Shown here: positions 18,466-26,457 of the stretch, one piece after another
How the letters are laid out: the number at the start of each line of letters is the position of its first letter
Position numbering within the stretch: position 1 is the stretch's first letter
Translations under genes and position numbers: made by a program
Assembly (NCBI GenBank): GCA_019308145.1
Contig: JAFDIG010000008.1
Location: 1 to 33,061 of the forward strand
Source: Deltaproteobacteria bacterium
GTDB taxonomy: Bacteria; Desulfobacterota; JAFDIG01
Length of the DNA stretch: 33,061 nucleotides
Direction: 5' to 3'
Notes under the pieces: generated by a model
Seen by the model: only the letters and a program-made list of their open reading frames with translations
Databases searched by the model: none
Told to the model about the DNA's origin: nothing

Positions 18466-18495
18466 TGTAAACGTTTACAGTAAACGTTTACAATT
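18463..18495 (+). promoter_or_regulatory. Tandem LacI/GalR-type operators forming a 33-bp perfect palindrome
   Basis: TGTAAACGTTTACA (18466-18479) and AGTAAACGTTTACA (18479-18492) share one base, with centres 13 bp apart. The whole AATTGTAAACGTTTAC-A-GTAAACGTTTACAATT is a palindrome about 18479. The first site fits the cre/LacI-family consensus TGWAANCGNTNWCA. The element starts at the -10 box and covers the predicted transcription start. Confidence 0.6.
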
Positions 18496-18505
18496 TGAGG
18501 TTAAA

Positions 18506-19552
18506 ATGGGCTCAACCATTAAGGATGTAGCAAGATTAGCAGGGGTTTCAATTGCTACTGTTTCAAGGGTAATAAACTCCCCTGAAACAGTAAAAAAAGA
18601 GACAAGAGAAACGGTTCTCACTGCTATGAAAGAATCTGGGTATACTTATAACACTTTGGCAAGAAGCTTATCTACCAGAAAATCACTTTCCATTGGTTTA
18701 ATTGTTCCTTCTATTACCAACCCTATCTTTGCAGAATCTACTTTAGGAATTCAGGATTGTGCAAACAATTTTGGATATACTGTTTTGCTTGGTGATACTG
18801 ATTATGATTTTAAAAAAGAGGCAATGCTTATTAATGCTTTAAATGAAAGGCGTGTTGAGGGGCTGATCATTACTACCTCTTCTGTATCAAATCCTTATTT
18901 AAAGAAGTTTAAAGATGAAGATTTTCCTGTTGTTTTTATCTATAATACAACATTCTCTGAAGATTTCCATTTTGTTACAATAGATAATTTTAAAAGCGCT
19001 TATGAAATAATAAAGTATTTGATTGAATTAGGGCATAAAAGAATAGGGATGATAGCAGGCTATTTTGATATATCAGACAGGAGTTATGCCAGATGGCAAG
19101 GGTATGCTCAATGTTTAAAGGATCATGGTATTCCTCAAGATGATTCTTTAGTGGTTCAGGAAAGTTTTACTGCCCCAGCAGGAAAGGAAGCTATGAAATA
19201 TCTCCTTAAAATGAGCAAACCCCCTACTGCTGTTTTTTGCTCTAATGATTTTCTTGCTATTGGTGCTATGAGTGCTGTTTACGAAAAAGGTCTTAAGATT
19301 CCTGATGATATTTCCATCTGTGGCTTTGATAACATGGAGCTCTCATCACATATATATCCCCCACTAACTACGGTTGACCAACCTGCATATGAAATGGGGT
19401 ATAGAGCAATGGAGATTTTGATGAGGGTTATGGCTGGGGAAGTTACTGTTCCTCAACATATATTTTTGGATTATAAACTTATTATTAGGAATTCTTGTTC
19501 AACATTGAACCTTTTTACAAAAGGAAGGAAGCATGAAGAAAAAAGATTTTAA
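18506..19552 (+). CDS. LacI-family transcriptional regulator
   Basis: 348 aa with the N-terminal HTH TIKDVARLAGVSIATVSRVIN and a periplasmic-binding-protein-like effector domain (IGLIVPSITNPIF...FCSNDFLAIGA...GFDN). Confidence 0.9.
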   Translation: MGSTIKDVARLAGVSIATVSRVINSPETVKKETRETVLTAMKESGYTYNTLARSLSTRKSLSIGLIVPSITNPIFAESTLGIQDCANNFGYTVLLGDTDYDFKKEAMLINALNERRVEGLIITTSSVSNPYLKKFKDEDFPVVFIYNTTFSEDFHFVTIDNFKSAYEIIKYLIELGHKRIGMIAGYFDISDRSYARWQGYAQCLKDHGIPQDDSLVVQESFTAPAGKEAMKYLLKMSKPPTAVFCSNDFLAIGAMSAVYEKGLKIPDDISICGFDNMELSSHIYPPLTTVDQPAYEMGYRAMEILMRVMAGEVTVPQHIFLDYKLIIRNSCSTLNLFTKGRKHEEKRF

Positions 19553-19841
19553 ACCATTGGTAATTTTAACAGTAACTCTTTTATTGCTAAGCCTTTTTTC
19601 AATTTTATCCTTTGCAAGAGAACCAAATTATATAATCTTTTACAACACTCCCCCTGAGTGGGCAAACTGGAAGTCTATTTTAGCTGCTTTTACAAAGGCA
19701 ACAGGGATTAGGGCACCTCATGATAACAAAAACAGTGGGCAGACATTGTCTCAACTTTTAGCAGAAAAAAACAATCCTCAGGCTGATGTGGCTTACATGG
19801 GTGTAACTTATGGAATAAAAGCAGCAGAAGAGGTTCTTTAA
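19533..19841 (+). pseudogene. 5' remnant (about 100 codons) of an ABC-transporter periplasmic substrate-binding protein gene
   Basis: It has a good RBS (AAGGAAGGAAG), a signal peptide (KPLVILTVTLLLLSLFSILSFA) and the N-terminal lobe (IIFYNT...AAFTKATGIRAPHDNKNSGQTLSQLLAEKNNPQADVAYMGVTYGIKAAEE) of a family that is normally about 330-350 aa. It ends in TAATAA with no continuation in any frame. Confidence 0.55.
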
Positions 19842-19872
19842 TAAATATGTATCTACACTTCCTTTTTTAACA

Positions 19873-20649
19873 ATGCCAATTGATAAGGCAGTTGAATTTA
19901 TTATTTCATTGGATGTTACTATAATAGAACTTTTTATGGATGTCCCTTATGCACATCCTTATAATTTAAATAAAAAGATTATTAATAACCTAAATAAATT
20001 AAAAGATATGTATAATATTTCTTATTTCATCCATCCCCCTTGTTATGATTTAAATCCTGCTACTCTAAATAAATCTTTACAAAAAGAGATTATCACTCAA
20101 TATGTATATTCAATCAAACTTGCAGAAGAACTTGAAGCTCGTGGAATGGTAGTTCATTCAGGGCATCTTTCCTTACCAGAGGCAAATAGAGAGGAAGTTA
20201 TTAACTCCTCTATAAACTTTATAAAGAATTTAACTGAAGAGGCTTATAAAAGAGGGGTAAAATTGTTAATAGAGAATACAGGTTACGGGATAAATAGTCT
20301 CTTTAAAAATCATTTAGACTTTTTTGAATATTTAAAGAGATTAGAAACTGATCATCCAATATATTCTGTTTTAGATGTAGGGCATGCGTATCTACAAGGT
20401 TTTGATCTTATAGAAGCAGTAAAAAGCTTAAAAAAAATGATAGCTCATGTTCATTTGCATGACAATAAGGGAATAGCAGATGAGCACCTTCCTTTGGGCA
20501 AGGGAGTAATCCCTCTCGTGCCATTTATAAAAACATTAAAAAAAGAGGTAAATCCAGCTACTACAATGATAATAGAGATTGCTCCAAACCCCGTTGAAAA
20601 GGTATTGAAAAATCTGAAAAATTCTATAAGATTTGTTAAAGATATTTGA
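19873..20649 (+). CDS. Sugar phosphate isomerase/epimerase (xylose isomerase-like TIM barrel, AP_endonuc_2 family); native start probably lost
   Basis: 258 aa with metal/active-site pattern VVHSGH...LIEN...DVGHA...HVHLHDN...EHLPLG...IIE. There is no RBS before the ATG at 19873. The frame is open from 19819 and encodes a beta1-like KYVSTLPFLT without any canonical start codon. Confidence 0.7.
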   Translation: MPIDKAVEFIISLDVTIIELFMDVPYAHPYNLNKKIINNLNKLKDMYNISYFIHPPCYDLNPATLNKSLQKEIITQYVYSIKLAEELEARGMVVHSGHLSLPEANREEVINSSINFIKNLTEEAYKRGVKLLIENTGYGINSLFKNHLDFFEYLKRLETDHPIYSVLDVGHAYLQGFDLIEAVKSLKKMIAHVHLHDNKGIADEHLPLGKGVIPLVPFIKTLKKEVNPATTMIIEIAPNPVEKVLKNLKNSIRFVKDI

Positions 20650-20673
20650 AAATAAAATGATAAGGGGATAAAA

Positions 20674-21777
20674 ATGGCAAGCGTAAAGCTAAAAAATGTA
20701 TGGAAAAGATTTGGTAAGCTTGAAGCCGTCAAAAATTTTACACTTGATGTTGAAGATAAAGAGTTTGTTGTTTTAGTTGGGCCATCTGGCTGTGGGAAGT
20801 CAACTACATTAAGGATGATAGCAGGATTAGAAGAGATTACAGAGGGAACCATAGAGATAGGGGGGAAAATAGTAAATAAAATACCTCCAAAAGATAGAGA
20901 TATTGCTATGGTTTTCCAGAATTATGCCCTATATCCTCATATGAATGTTTTTAAAAATATGGCTTTTGGCCTAATGCTAAGAAAATTTCCAAGATCTGAA
21001 ATAGAGAAAAGGGTAAAAGAGGCAGCAGAAATATTAGGAATTACAGAACTTTTAAATAGAAAGCCAAGAGAACTTTCAGGGGGACAAAGACAGAGGGTAG
21101 CAGTAGGGAGAGCAATAGTAAGGAAGCCAGCTGTCTTTCTATTTGATGAACCTTTAAGCAATTTAGATGCAAAATTAAGAGTTCAGATGAGGGGGGAACT
21201 CTTAAAATTACATCATCAGCTTCAAACTACTGTTATATATGTAACTCATGATCAGATTGAAGCAATGACTATGGGCAGTAAAATCGTGATCATGAATAGT
21301 GGAAATATTATGCAGGTAGGAAACCCCATAGATGTTTATGATTATCCTCAAAATAAATTTGTTGCTGGTTTTATAGGAAGCCCACCAATGAATTTCATGG
21401 ATGTGGAACTGGTAAAAGAGGATTCTAAACTAATAATCAGATCCGCTGCATTTTCTTTTCCTGTACCAATAGAACTTGTTCCAAAGTATGAAAAATATTC
21501 AGGTGGCCGTTTTATTATGGGAATAAGACCAGAAAATATTTATGATATTGAATTCTTAAAAGAGTATTCTAAAGAATATGTAATGGATGTTAATGTTGAG
21601 CTAACCGAACCAATAGGTTCAGTTGTCTACATACAATTTCAATTAGGGAATAACAGCTTTATTGCTCAAGTTGATTCTCATACTAAAGCGAAACGTGGCA
21701 AAAAGATTCCACTCTATTTTGAGATGAGCAAAGTGCATCTTTTTGAAAGCGATCCCCCTCATAAAAGCATAGGATAA
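20674..21777 (+). CDS. ugpC: ABC transporter ATP-binding protein, MalK/UgpC type (sn-glycerol-3-phosphate import by context)
   Basis: 367 aa with Walker A GPSGCGKST, signature LSGGQRQR, Walker B FLFDEPLS and a C-terminal MalK-like regulatory/TOBE domain. Confidence 0.85.
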   Translation: MASVKLKNVWKRFGKLEAVKNFTLDVEDKEFVVLVGPSGCGKSTTLRMIAGLEEITEGTIEIGGKIVNKIPPKDRDIAMVFQNYALYPHMNVFKNMAFGLMLRKFPRSEIEKRVKEAAEILGITELLNRKPRELSGGQRQRVAVGRAIVRKPAVFLFDEPLSNLDAKLRVQMRGELLKLHHQLQTTVIYVTHDQIEAMTMGSKIVIMNSGNIMQVGNPIDVYDYPQNKFVAGFIGSPPMNFMDVELVKEDSKLIIRSAAFSFPVPIELVPKYEKYSGGRFIMGIRPENIYDIEFLKEYSKEYVMDVNVELTEPIGSVVYIQFQLGNNSFIAQVDSHTKAKRGKKIPLYFEMSKVHLFESDPPHKSIG

Positions 21778-21839
21778 ATAAAAATAAAAGGAGGTGAACT
21801 TTTTAACCATTTTTTCAACCAACAGAAGGAGGTGTTAAG

Positions 21840-23132
21840 ATGAAATTATTTAAAATAACTTTAATTTTGGTAGCTTTAATTTTTGTATTAACTCCAATTG
21901 CTCATGCAAAAAAGGTAACCCTTAAATTCTACTATCCAGTTGGTGTTTCTGGTCCTCTTGTAAAGGTGATAAATGGTATGGTTGCTAAATTTGAAAAACA
22001 AAATCCTGATATTGATATAGAACCAATATATGCAGGCAATTATAACCAAACCATGCAGAAGGTTCAAACAGCGGTAATGGGAGGGAACCCACCTGATGTT
22101 GCTGTTGTTGAAATATCTGAATTATACTCTCTGCTTGCTATGGATGCTATTATTCCTCTTGATAAATATATCAACAAGGAAGGCGGTAAAGAATTTTTGA
22201 ACAACTTCTTTAAAGCTTTTTTAGGTAATGCCTATGGAACCGACGGTAAGATCTATGGATTTCCTTTTCAGCGATCTACTCCGGTTTTTTACTGGAACAA
22301 AGATATGTTTAAAAGGGCTGCGGATAAACTTAAAGCTAAAGGCTTAGATCCGAACCGTGCTCCAATAACTTGGGATGAGTTAGTAGAATATTCAAAAGCC
22401 TTAACCATAAGGAAAGGTGACAAGGTAAAACAATATGGTTTGATCATCCCTGGTGGATGGAATGATTGGATTTTTGAGGCATTTGCCAGACAGAATGGGT
22501 CTCAGCTGATGCTTGCTGATGGGAAAACTGTTACCTTTGATACACCTGAAAATTTGGAAGCATTAAAACTTTGGGTTGATTTGATGAGAAAGTATAAAAC
22601 ATGCCCAGTCTTAAGACCATGGAATATCACTCCAGATGATTTTATAGGAGAAGTAACAGCCATGATGTATTATTCTACAGGTGGTATGGCAAAGATCAGA
22701 AAAACTGCAAAATTTAATTTTGGTGTTGCCTTTATGCCAAAGAAAAAGCAGTTTGGAACCCCAGTTGGTGGTGGAGATTTTCATATCTTTAAAAAAATAC
22801 CTAAGTCACATCAAGATGCTGCATGGAAATTTATAAAATTTATGACTAATCCTGAAATGGCTGGCTATTGGTCAAGAGAATCAGGCTATATAGCAGTTAA
22901 TAAAAAATCTTATCAGCAACCTGAAATGATTGCTTTCTTAAAGAAATATCCTCAAATGACTGTTGCAAGAGATCAGTTAAAATATGCATATCCAAAGATG
23001 ATGGCGGTCAACTATCAGAAGATAAGAAATGCAATGACAACAAACTTAGATGCTGCTCTTGAAGGTACTAAAACACCTGAACAGGCATTAAAGGATGCTC
23101 AAAGGGAAATGGAAGAAGCATTAAAACAATAA
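21840..23132 (+). CDS. ugpB: Glycerol-3-phosphate-type (UgpB-like, CUT1) extracellular solute-binding protein
   Basis: 430 aa with a signal peptide. Blocks YAGNYNQTMQKVQTAVMGGNPPDVAVVE and FPFQRSTPVFYWNKDMFKRA...GLDPNRAPITWDEL align by eye with E. coli UgpB (YKGNYEQNL...[44 protein letters not shown]). Confidence 0.85.
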   Translation: MKLFKITLILVALIFVLTPIAHAKKVTLKFYYPVGVSGPLVKVINGMVAKFEKQNPDIDIEPIYAGNYNQTMQKVQTAVMGGNPPDVAVVEISELYSLLAMDAIIPLDKYINKEGGKEFLNNFFKAFLGNAYGTDGKIYGFPFQRSTPVFYWNKDMFKRAADKLKAKGLDPNRAPITWDELVEYSKALTIRKGDKVKQYGLIIPGGWNDWIFEAFARQNGSQLMLADGKTVTFDTPENLEALKLWVDLMRKYKTCPVLRPWNITPDDFIGEVTAMMYYSTGGMAKIRKTAKFNFGVAFMPKKKQFGTPVGGGDFHIFKKIPKSHQDAAWKFIKFMTNPEMAGYWSRESGYIAVNKKSYQQPEMIAFLKKYPQMTVARDQLKYAYPKMMAVNYQKIRNAMTTNLDAALEGTKTPEQALKDAQREMEEALKQ

Positions 23133-23144
23133 CCCTTACATAAA

Positions 23145-23173
23145 CTGGGCTTCCCATTTTAAGGGAAGTCCAG
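23145..23173 (+). promoter_or_regulatory. Intercistronic RNA stem-loop after the binding-protein gene
   Basis: CTGGGCTTCCC (23145-23155) pairs with GGGAAGTCCAG (23163-23173) to give an 11-bp stem with one G-U and a 7-nt loop. There is no following U-tract. It lies between the ugpB stop and the ugpA RBS. Confidence 0.45.
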
Positions 23174-23188
23174 TATAGGTGTTGAATA

Positions 23189-24070
23189 ATGAAAAGGTTA
23201 ATATTTAAATTTCGTTATTATCTATTCATTTTGCCAGGATTAATATTTCTTGGAGTTTTTACTTATTATCCCATTATTTGGGCAACTGATTTAAGTTTTA
23301 AGAGGTGGAATCTTTTGTGCCCAAAGCCTAAATTTGTAGGTCTGGAAAATTATATTAAGCTTATACATAATGATGTATTTTGGCTGGTACTAAAGAACAC
23401 AGCTATCTTTGTAACAGTAAGTATATTTCCAACCATGTTTTTTGCGATGGTTTTAGCTATTTTGATTGATGAGAGGATGAAAGGAAGAGTCTATTATATA
23501 TATAGTATATTTTATCCTACCTTAATACCAATGGCTGCTGCTGCTATGCTATGGGTATATATATATTCCCCAAATCTTGGCATACTAAATATTCTTCTTG
23601 CAAAAATTGGGCTTCCCAAACTTGGATGGTTAGGAAGCTCTAAAACATCCCTTTGGGCTTTAATTATCATGACGTTTTGGAAAAACCTCGGTTTTTTCAT
23701 GCTGATATATTTGGCAGGTCTTCAAAATATTAGTAAAGATCTTTATGAAGCCGCCTATCTTGATGGCGCAGGATGGTGGAAAAGACATTATAAGATCACT
23801 TTTCCATTACTGGGGCCTACCACTCTTTTTGTATTTATTACAGCAATTATTTTAACCTTTAGGGTTTTTGATCAGATAAATCTGATGACTGAGGGGGGCC
23901 CAGGAAATAGCTCAAATGTTATTGTATATTATATCTTTGAGAATGGATTCAAATTTATTGATATGGGTATTGCTTCTGCTTTAACTACTATACTTGTTGG
24001 AGTTCTTTTGATTTTAGTTCTTATTATATTTGGTATTTTTGGGAAAAGAATTACCTATGAGATGGAGTAA
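23189..24070 (+). CDS. ugpA: ABC transporter permease (UgpA/MalF-like)
   Basis: 293 aa with six predicted TM segments and the EAA loop LYEAAYLDGAGWWKRHYKITFPLLGP. Confidence 0.85.
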   Translation: MKRLIFKFRYYLFILPGLIFLGVFTYYPIIWATDLSFKRWNLLCPKPKFVGLENYIKLIHNDVFWLVLKNTAIFVTVSIFPTMFFAMVLAILIDERMKGRVYYIYSIFYPTLIPMAAAAMLWVYIYSPNLGILNILLAKIGLPKLGWLGSSKTSLWALIIMTFWKNLGFFMLIYLAGLQNISKDLYEAAYLDGAGWWKRHYKITFPLLGPTTLFVFITAIILTFRVFDQINLMTEGGPGNSSNVIVYYIFENGFKFIDMGIASALTTILVGVLLILVLIIFGIFGKRITYEME

Positions 24071-24093
24071 ATATTAAAGGAGATAAAAATAAG

Positions 24094-24921
24094 ATGAAGG
24101 AAAGAAAATATGAAATTTTATTAAAAAGTTTAACACTTCATATTGTATCATTTATAATGATTTTGCCTTTTGTATGGCTTGTTTCAACAGCCTTAAAATC
24201 ACCAGAAGAGGTCTTTACTCAACATCTTACTCTTCTTCCCAAGAAATTTATGTGGAGCAACTTTCCTGCTATTATGAAAGCTGCTCCTTTTGATATATAT
24301 CTTTTAAACACAGTGATTGTTTGTGCTGGAATATTAGCTATTCAACTCATACTTGTTATTCCAGCAGCTTATGCTTTTGCCAGACTCAATTTCCCTGGGA
24401 AAGGGTTTACTTTTATCCTGTTTGTCATCCAAATCATGCTCCCGCTTGAAGCTATAATTATACCTAACTACCTTATTGCTAAAGCACTTGGGCTTTTAAA
24501 CACAAGAATAGGATTAATACTACCTTTTGTAGCAAGTGGATTTGGCACATTTCAGTTAAGACAAACCTTTAAACAGATCCCAGCCTCACTCGAAGATGCT
24601 GCAAGGATAGATGGGGCAGGGCATTTTCGTTTTATTTGGTATGTACTTATTCCATTATCAAAGCCAACCATTATAACCTTCTCCTTAATCAGTATTGCAA
24701 CCCATTGGAATGACTATTTCTGGCCATTGATCATTACCGAAGTTGATAGAGTAAGAACCTTAACCATTGGATTAGGAATGTTCCTACAGCAAGAAAGTGG
24801 TTCTGACTGGACTCTTCTTATGGCTGCGACCCTTTATGTTTGTTTACCTATTATAGTACTCTTTTTAATATTACAACGTACTTTTATTAAGAGCTTCCTT
24901 ACTTCTGGGATAAAAGGATAA
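24094..24921 (+). CDS. ugpE: ABC transporter permease (UgpE/MalG-like)
   Basis: 275 aa, polytopic, with the EAA loop LEDAARIDGAGHFRFIWYVLIPLSKP. Confidence 0.85.
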   Translation: MKERKYEILLKSLTLHIVSFIMILPFVWLVSTALKSPEEVFTQHLTLLPKKFMWSNFPAIMKAAPFDIYLLNTVIVCAGILAIQLILVIPAAYAFARLNFPGKGFTFILFVIQIMLPLEAIIIPNYLIAKALGLLNTRIGLILPFVASGFGTFQLRQTFKQIPASLEDAARIDGAGHFRFIWYVLIPLSKPTIITFSLISIATHWNDYFWPLIITEVDRVRTLTIGLGMFLQQESGSDWTLLMAATLYVCLPIIVLFLILQRTFIKSFLTSGIKG

Positions 24922-24930
24922 AAAAAACAA

Positions 24931-26457
24931 ATGAATAATATTTTTGATTTGATCATAATAGGAGGTGGCTCTACTGGAGCAGGTATTGCCAGAGATATGG
25001 CAATGCGAGGTGCAAAGGTGCTACTTCTTGAAAGGAATTACCTTGCTTCAGGAGCAACAGGAGCATGCCAAGCTCTTGTTCATAGTGGTTGCCGTTATGT
25101 TACTCAAGATATTGAAACAGCTAAGGAATGTTTTAAGGAAAATATGATTATAAGGAAAATCGCTAAAAGTTGTGTTGAAGAGACAGGAGGGCTTTTTGTT
25201 ACTGTTAAAGGGGATGATGAAAGCTATGTAGATCTCTTTTTAGAGGCTAATGAAAAAGCTAAAATCCCTGTTACTCTTATAAATAAAGATGAAGGATTAA
25301 AAATAGAGCCAAACCTATCTAATAATATTGAAAAAGTGGTTAAGGTCCCTGATGCTGCTATTGATCCATTCAAGTTAGTTATAGAAAATATCAAAGCTGC
25401 TTTAGAATTAGGAGCAAAGATATATACTCATACTGAGGTATTAGATTTAATTGTTGAAAAAGGGAAAGTATGTGGGGTTGTTGCTTTTGATAAAAGACAA
25501 AAGGAAAAGAAAAGTTTAAGAGCCCGTTTGATCATCAATGCATCTGGAGCATGGGGATCTAAAATCGCAAAAATGGCAGGTTACGACCTTCCCCTAAGTT
25601 ATTCAAAAGGTAGCATCCTAATTACCAACTCTAGACTTACTAATGTAGTGGTTAATCGGTTACGTCCACCATCTGATGGAGATATTATTGTCCCAAGTGA
25701 AACAGTAACCTTGCTTGGCACAACATCTGTAACTGTTAAACAACTTGATAATCTTCAAATCACATATACTGAAGTGGAAACAATAATAAATGAAATAGCT
25801 AAAATGGTGCCAGCTGTTAGAAATGCAAGATTTCTTAGAGCATATACTGGTGTTAGGCCTTTATTTAAGGAGAAAAAGGCAACAGATGATAGAAATATAT
25901 CAAGAGGATTTAGGATATTTGACCATAAAAACGGGATGATTAGCATCATAGGTGGAAAGATGATAACATATAGATTAATGGCAGAAAAGGTTTCTGATCT
26001 TGCCTGTAAGATATTAGGGATAAAGCAAGAATGCAAAACTCATGTACTTCCTCTTCCTTCCACCTTAAAAGGAATGAAATTAAAAGCAAAGGATAGAATC
26101 AGTTTATTATCTGATAAAAATAAATCTATTTTATGTGAATGTGAGCTGATTACAAAAGATGAGGTTGAAGAGGTATTAAGCAAAACAAAAACAAAAGATT
26201 TAAATGATATTAGAATAGAAACCAGGATGGGAATGGGAACATGTCAAGGGACATTTTGCGCTCATCATGCCTTAGGATTGATGGCAAAAATGGATATAGT
26301 TAATGAAAAAAATGGGAATAAATCTCTTATTGATTTTCTTGAAAGAAGATGGAGAGGGATTCTTCCAGTAATAGATGGTGATCAGATAAAAGAGGAACAA
26401 TTAACCGAAGGGATATATGCTGAGATATTTAATCTGGATAAGGAAAGAATAGAGTGA
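24931..26457 (+). CDS. glpA: Anaerobic glycerol-3-phosphate dehydrogenase subunit A
   Basis: 508 aa with an N-terminal FAD fold DLIIIGGGSTGAG and a C-terminal BFD-like [2Fe-2S] Cys pattern (CECE...GTCQGTFC). It is followed by glpB and glpC. Confidence 0.9.
   Translation: MNNIFDLIIIGGGSTGAGIARDMAMRGAKVLLLERNYLASGATGACQALVHSGCRYVTQDIETAKECFKENMIIRKIAKSCVEETGGLFVTVKGDDESYVDLFLEANEKAKIPVTLINKDEGLKIEPNLSNNIEKVVKVPDAAIDPFKLVIENIKAALELGAKIYTHTEVLDLIVEKGKVCGVVAFDKRQKEKKSLRARLIINASGAWGSKIAKMAGYDLPLSYSKGSILITNSRLTNVVVNRLRPPSDGDIIVPSETVTLLGTTSVTVKQLDNLQITYTEVETIINEIAKMVPAVRNARFLRAYTGVRPLFKEKKATDDRNISRGFRIFDHKNGMISIIGGKMITYRLMAEKVSDLACKILGIKQECKTHVLPLPSTLKGMKLKAKDRISLLSDKNKSILCECELITKDEVEEVLSKTKTKDLNDIRIETRMGMGTCQGTFCAHHALGLMAKMDIVNEKNGNKSLIDFLERRWRGILPVIDGDQIKEEQLTEGIYAEIFNLDKERIE

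Noticed and set aside
20451-21161. Minus-strand ORFs 20451-20852 and 20937-21161
   Set aside because: They are antisense to the TIM-barrel/ugpC genes. The DGPTKTT-like string is just the mirror of the Walker A coding sequence.
21794-21838. 14-codon mini-ORF (GTG AAC TTT ... TGT TAA, VNFLTIFSTNRRRC) in the ugpC-ugpB spacer as a leader peptide
   Set aside because: Its GTG overlaps the SD core (zero spacing), so initiation there is implausible. There is no regulatory codon pattern.
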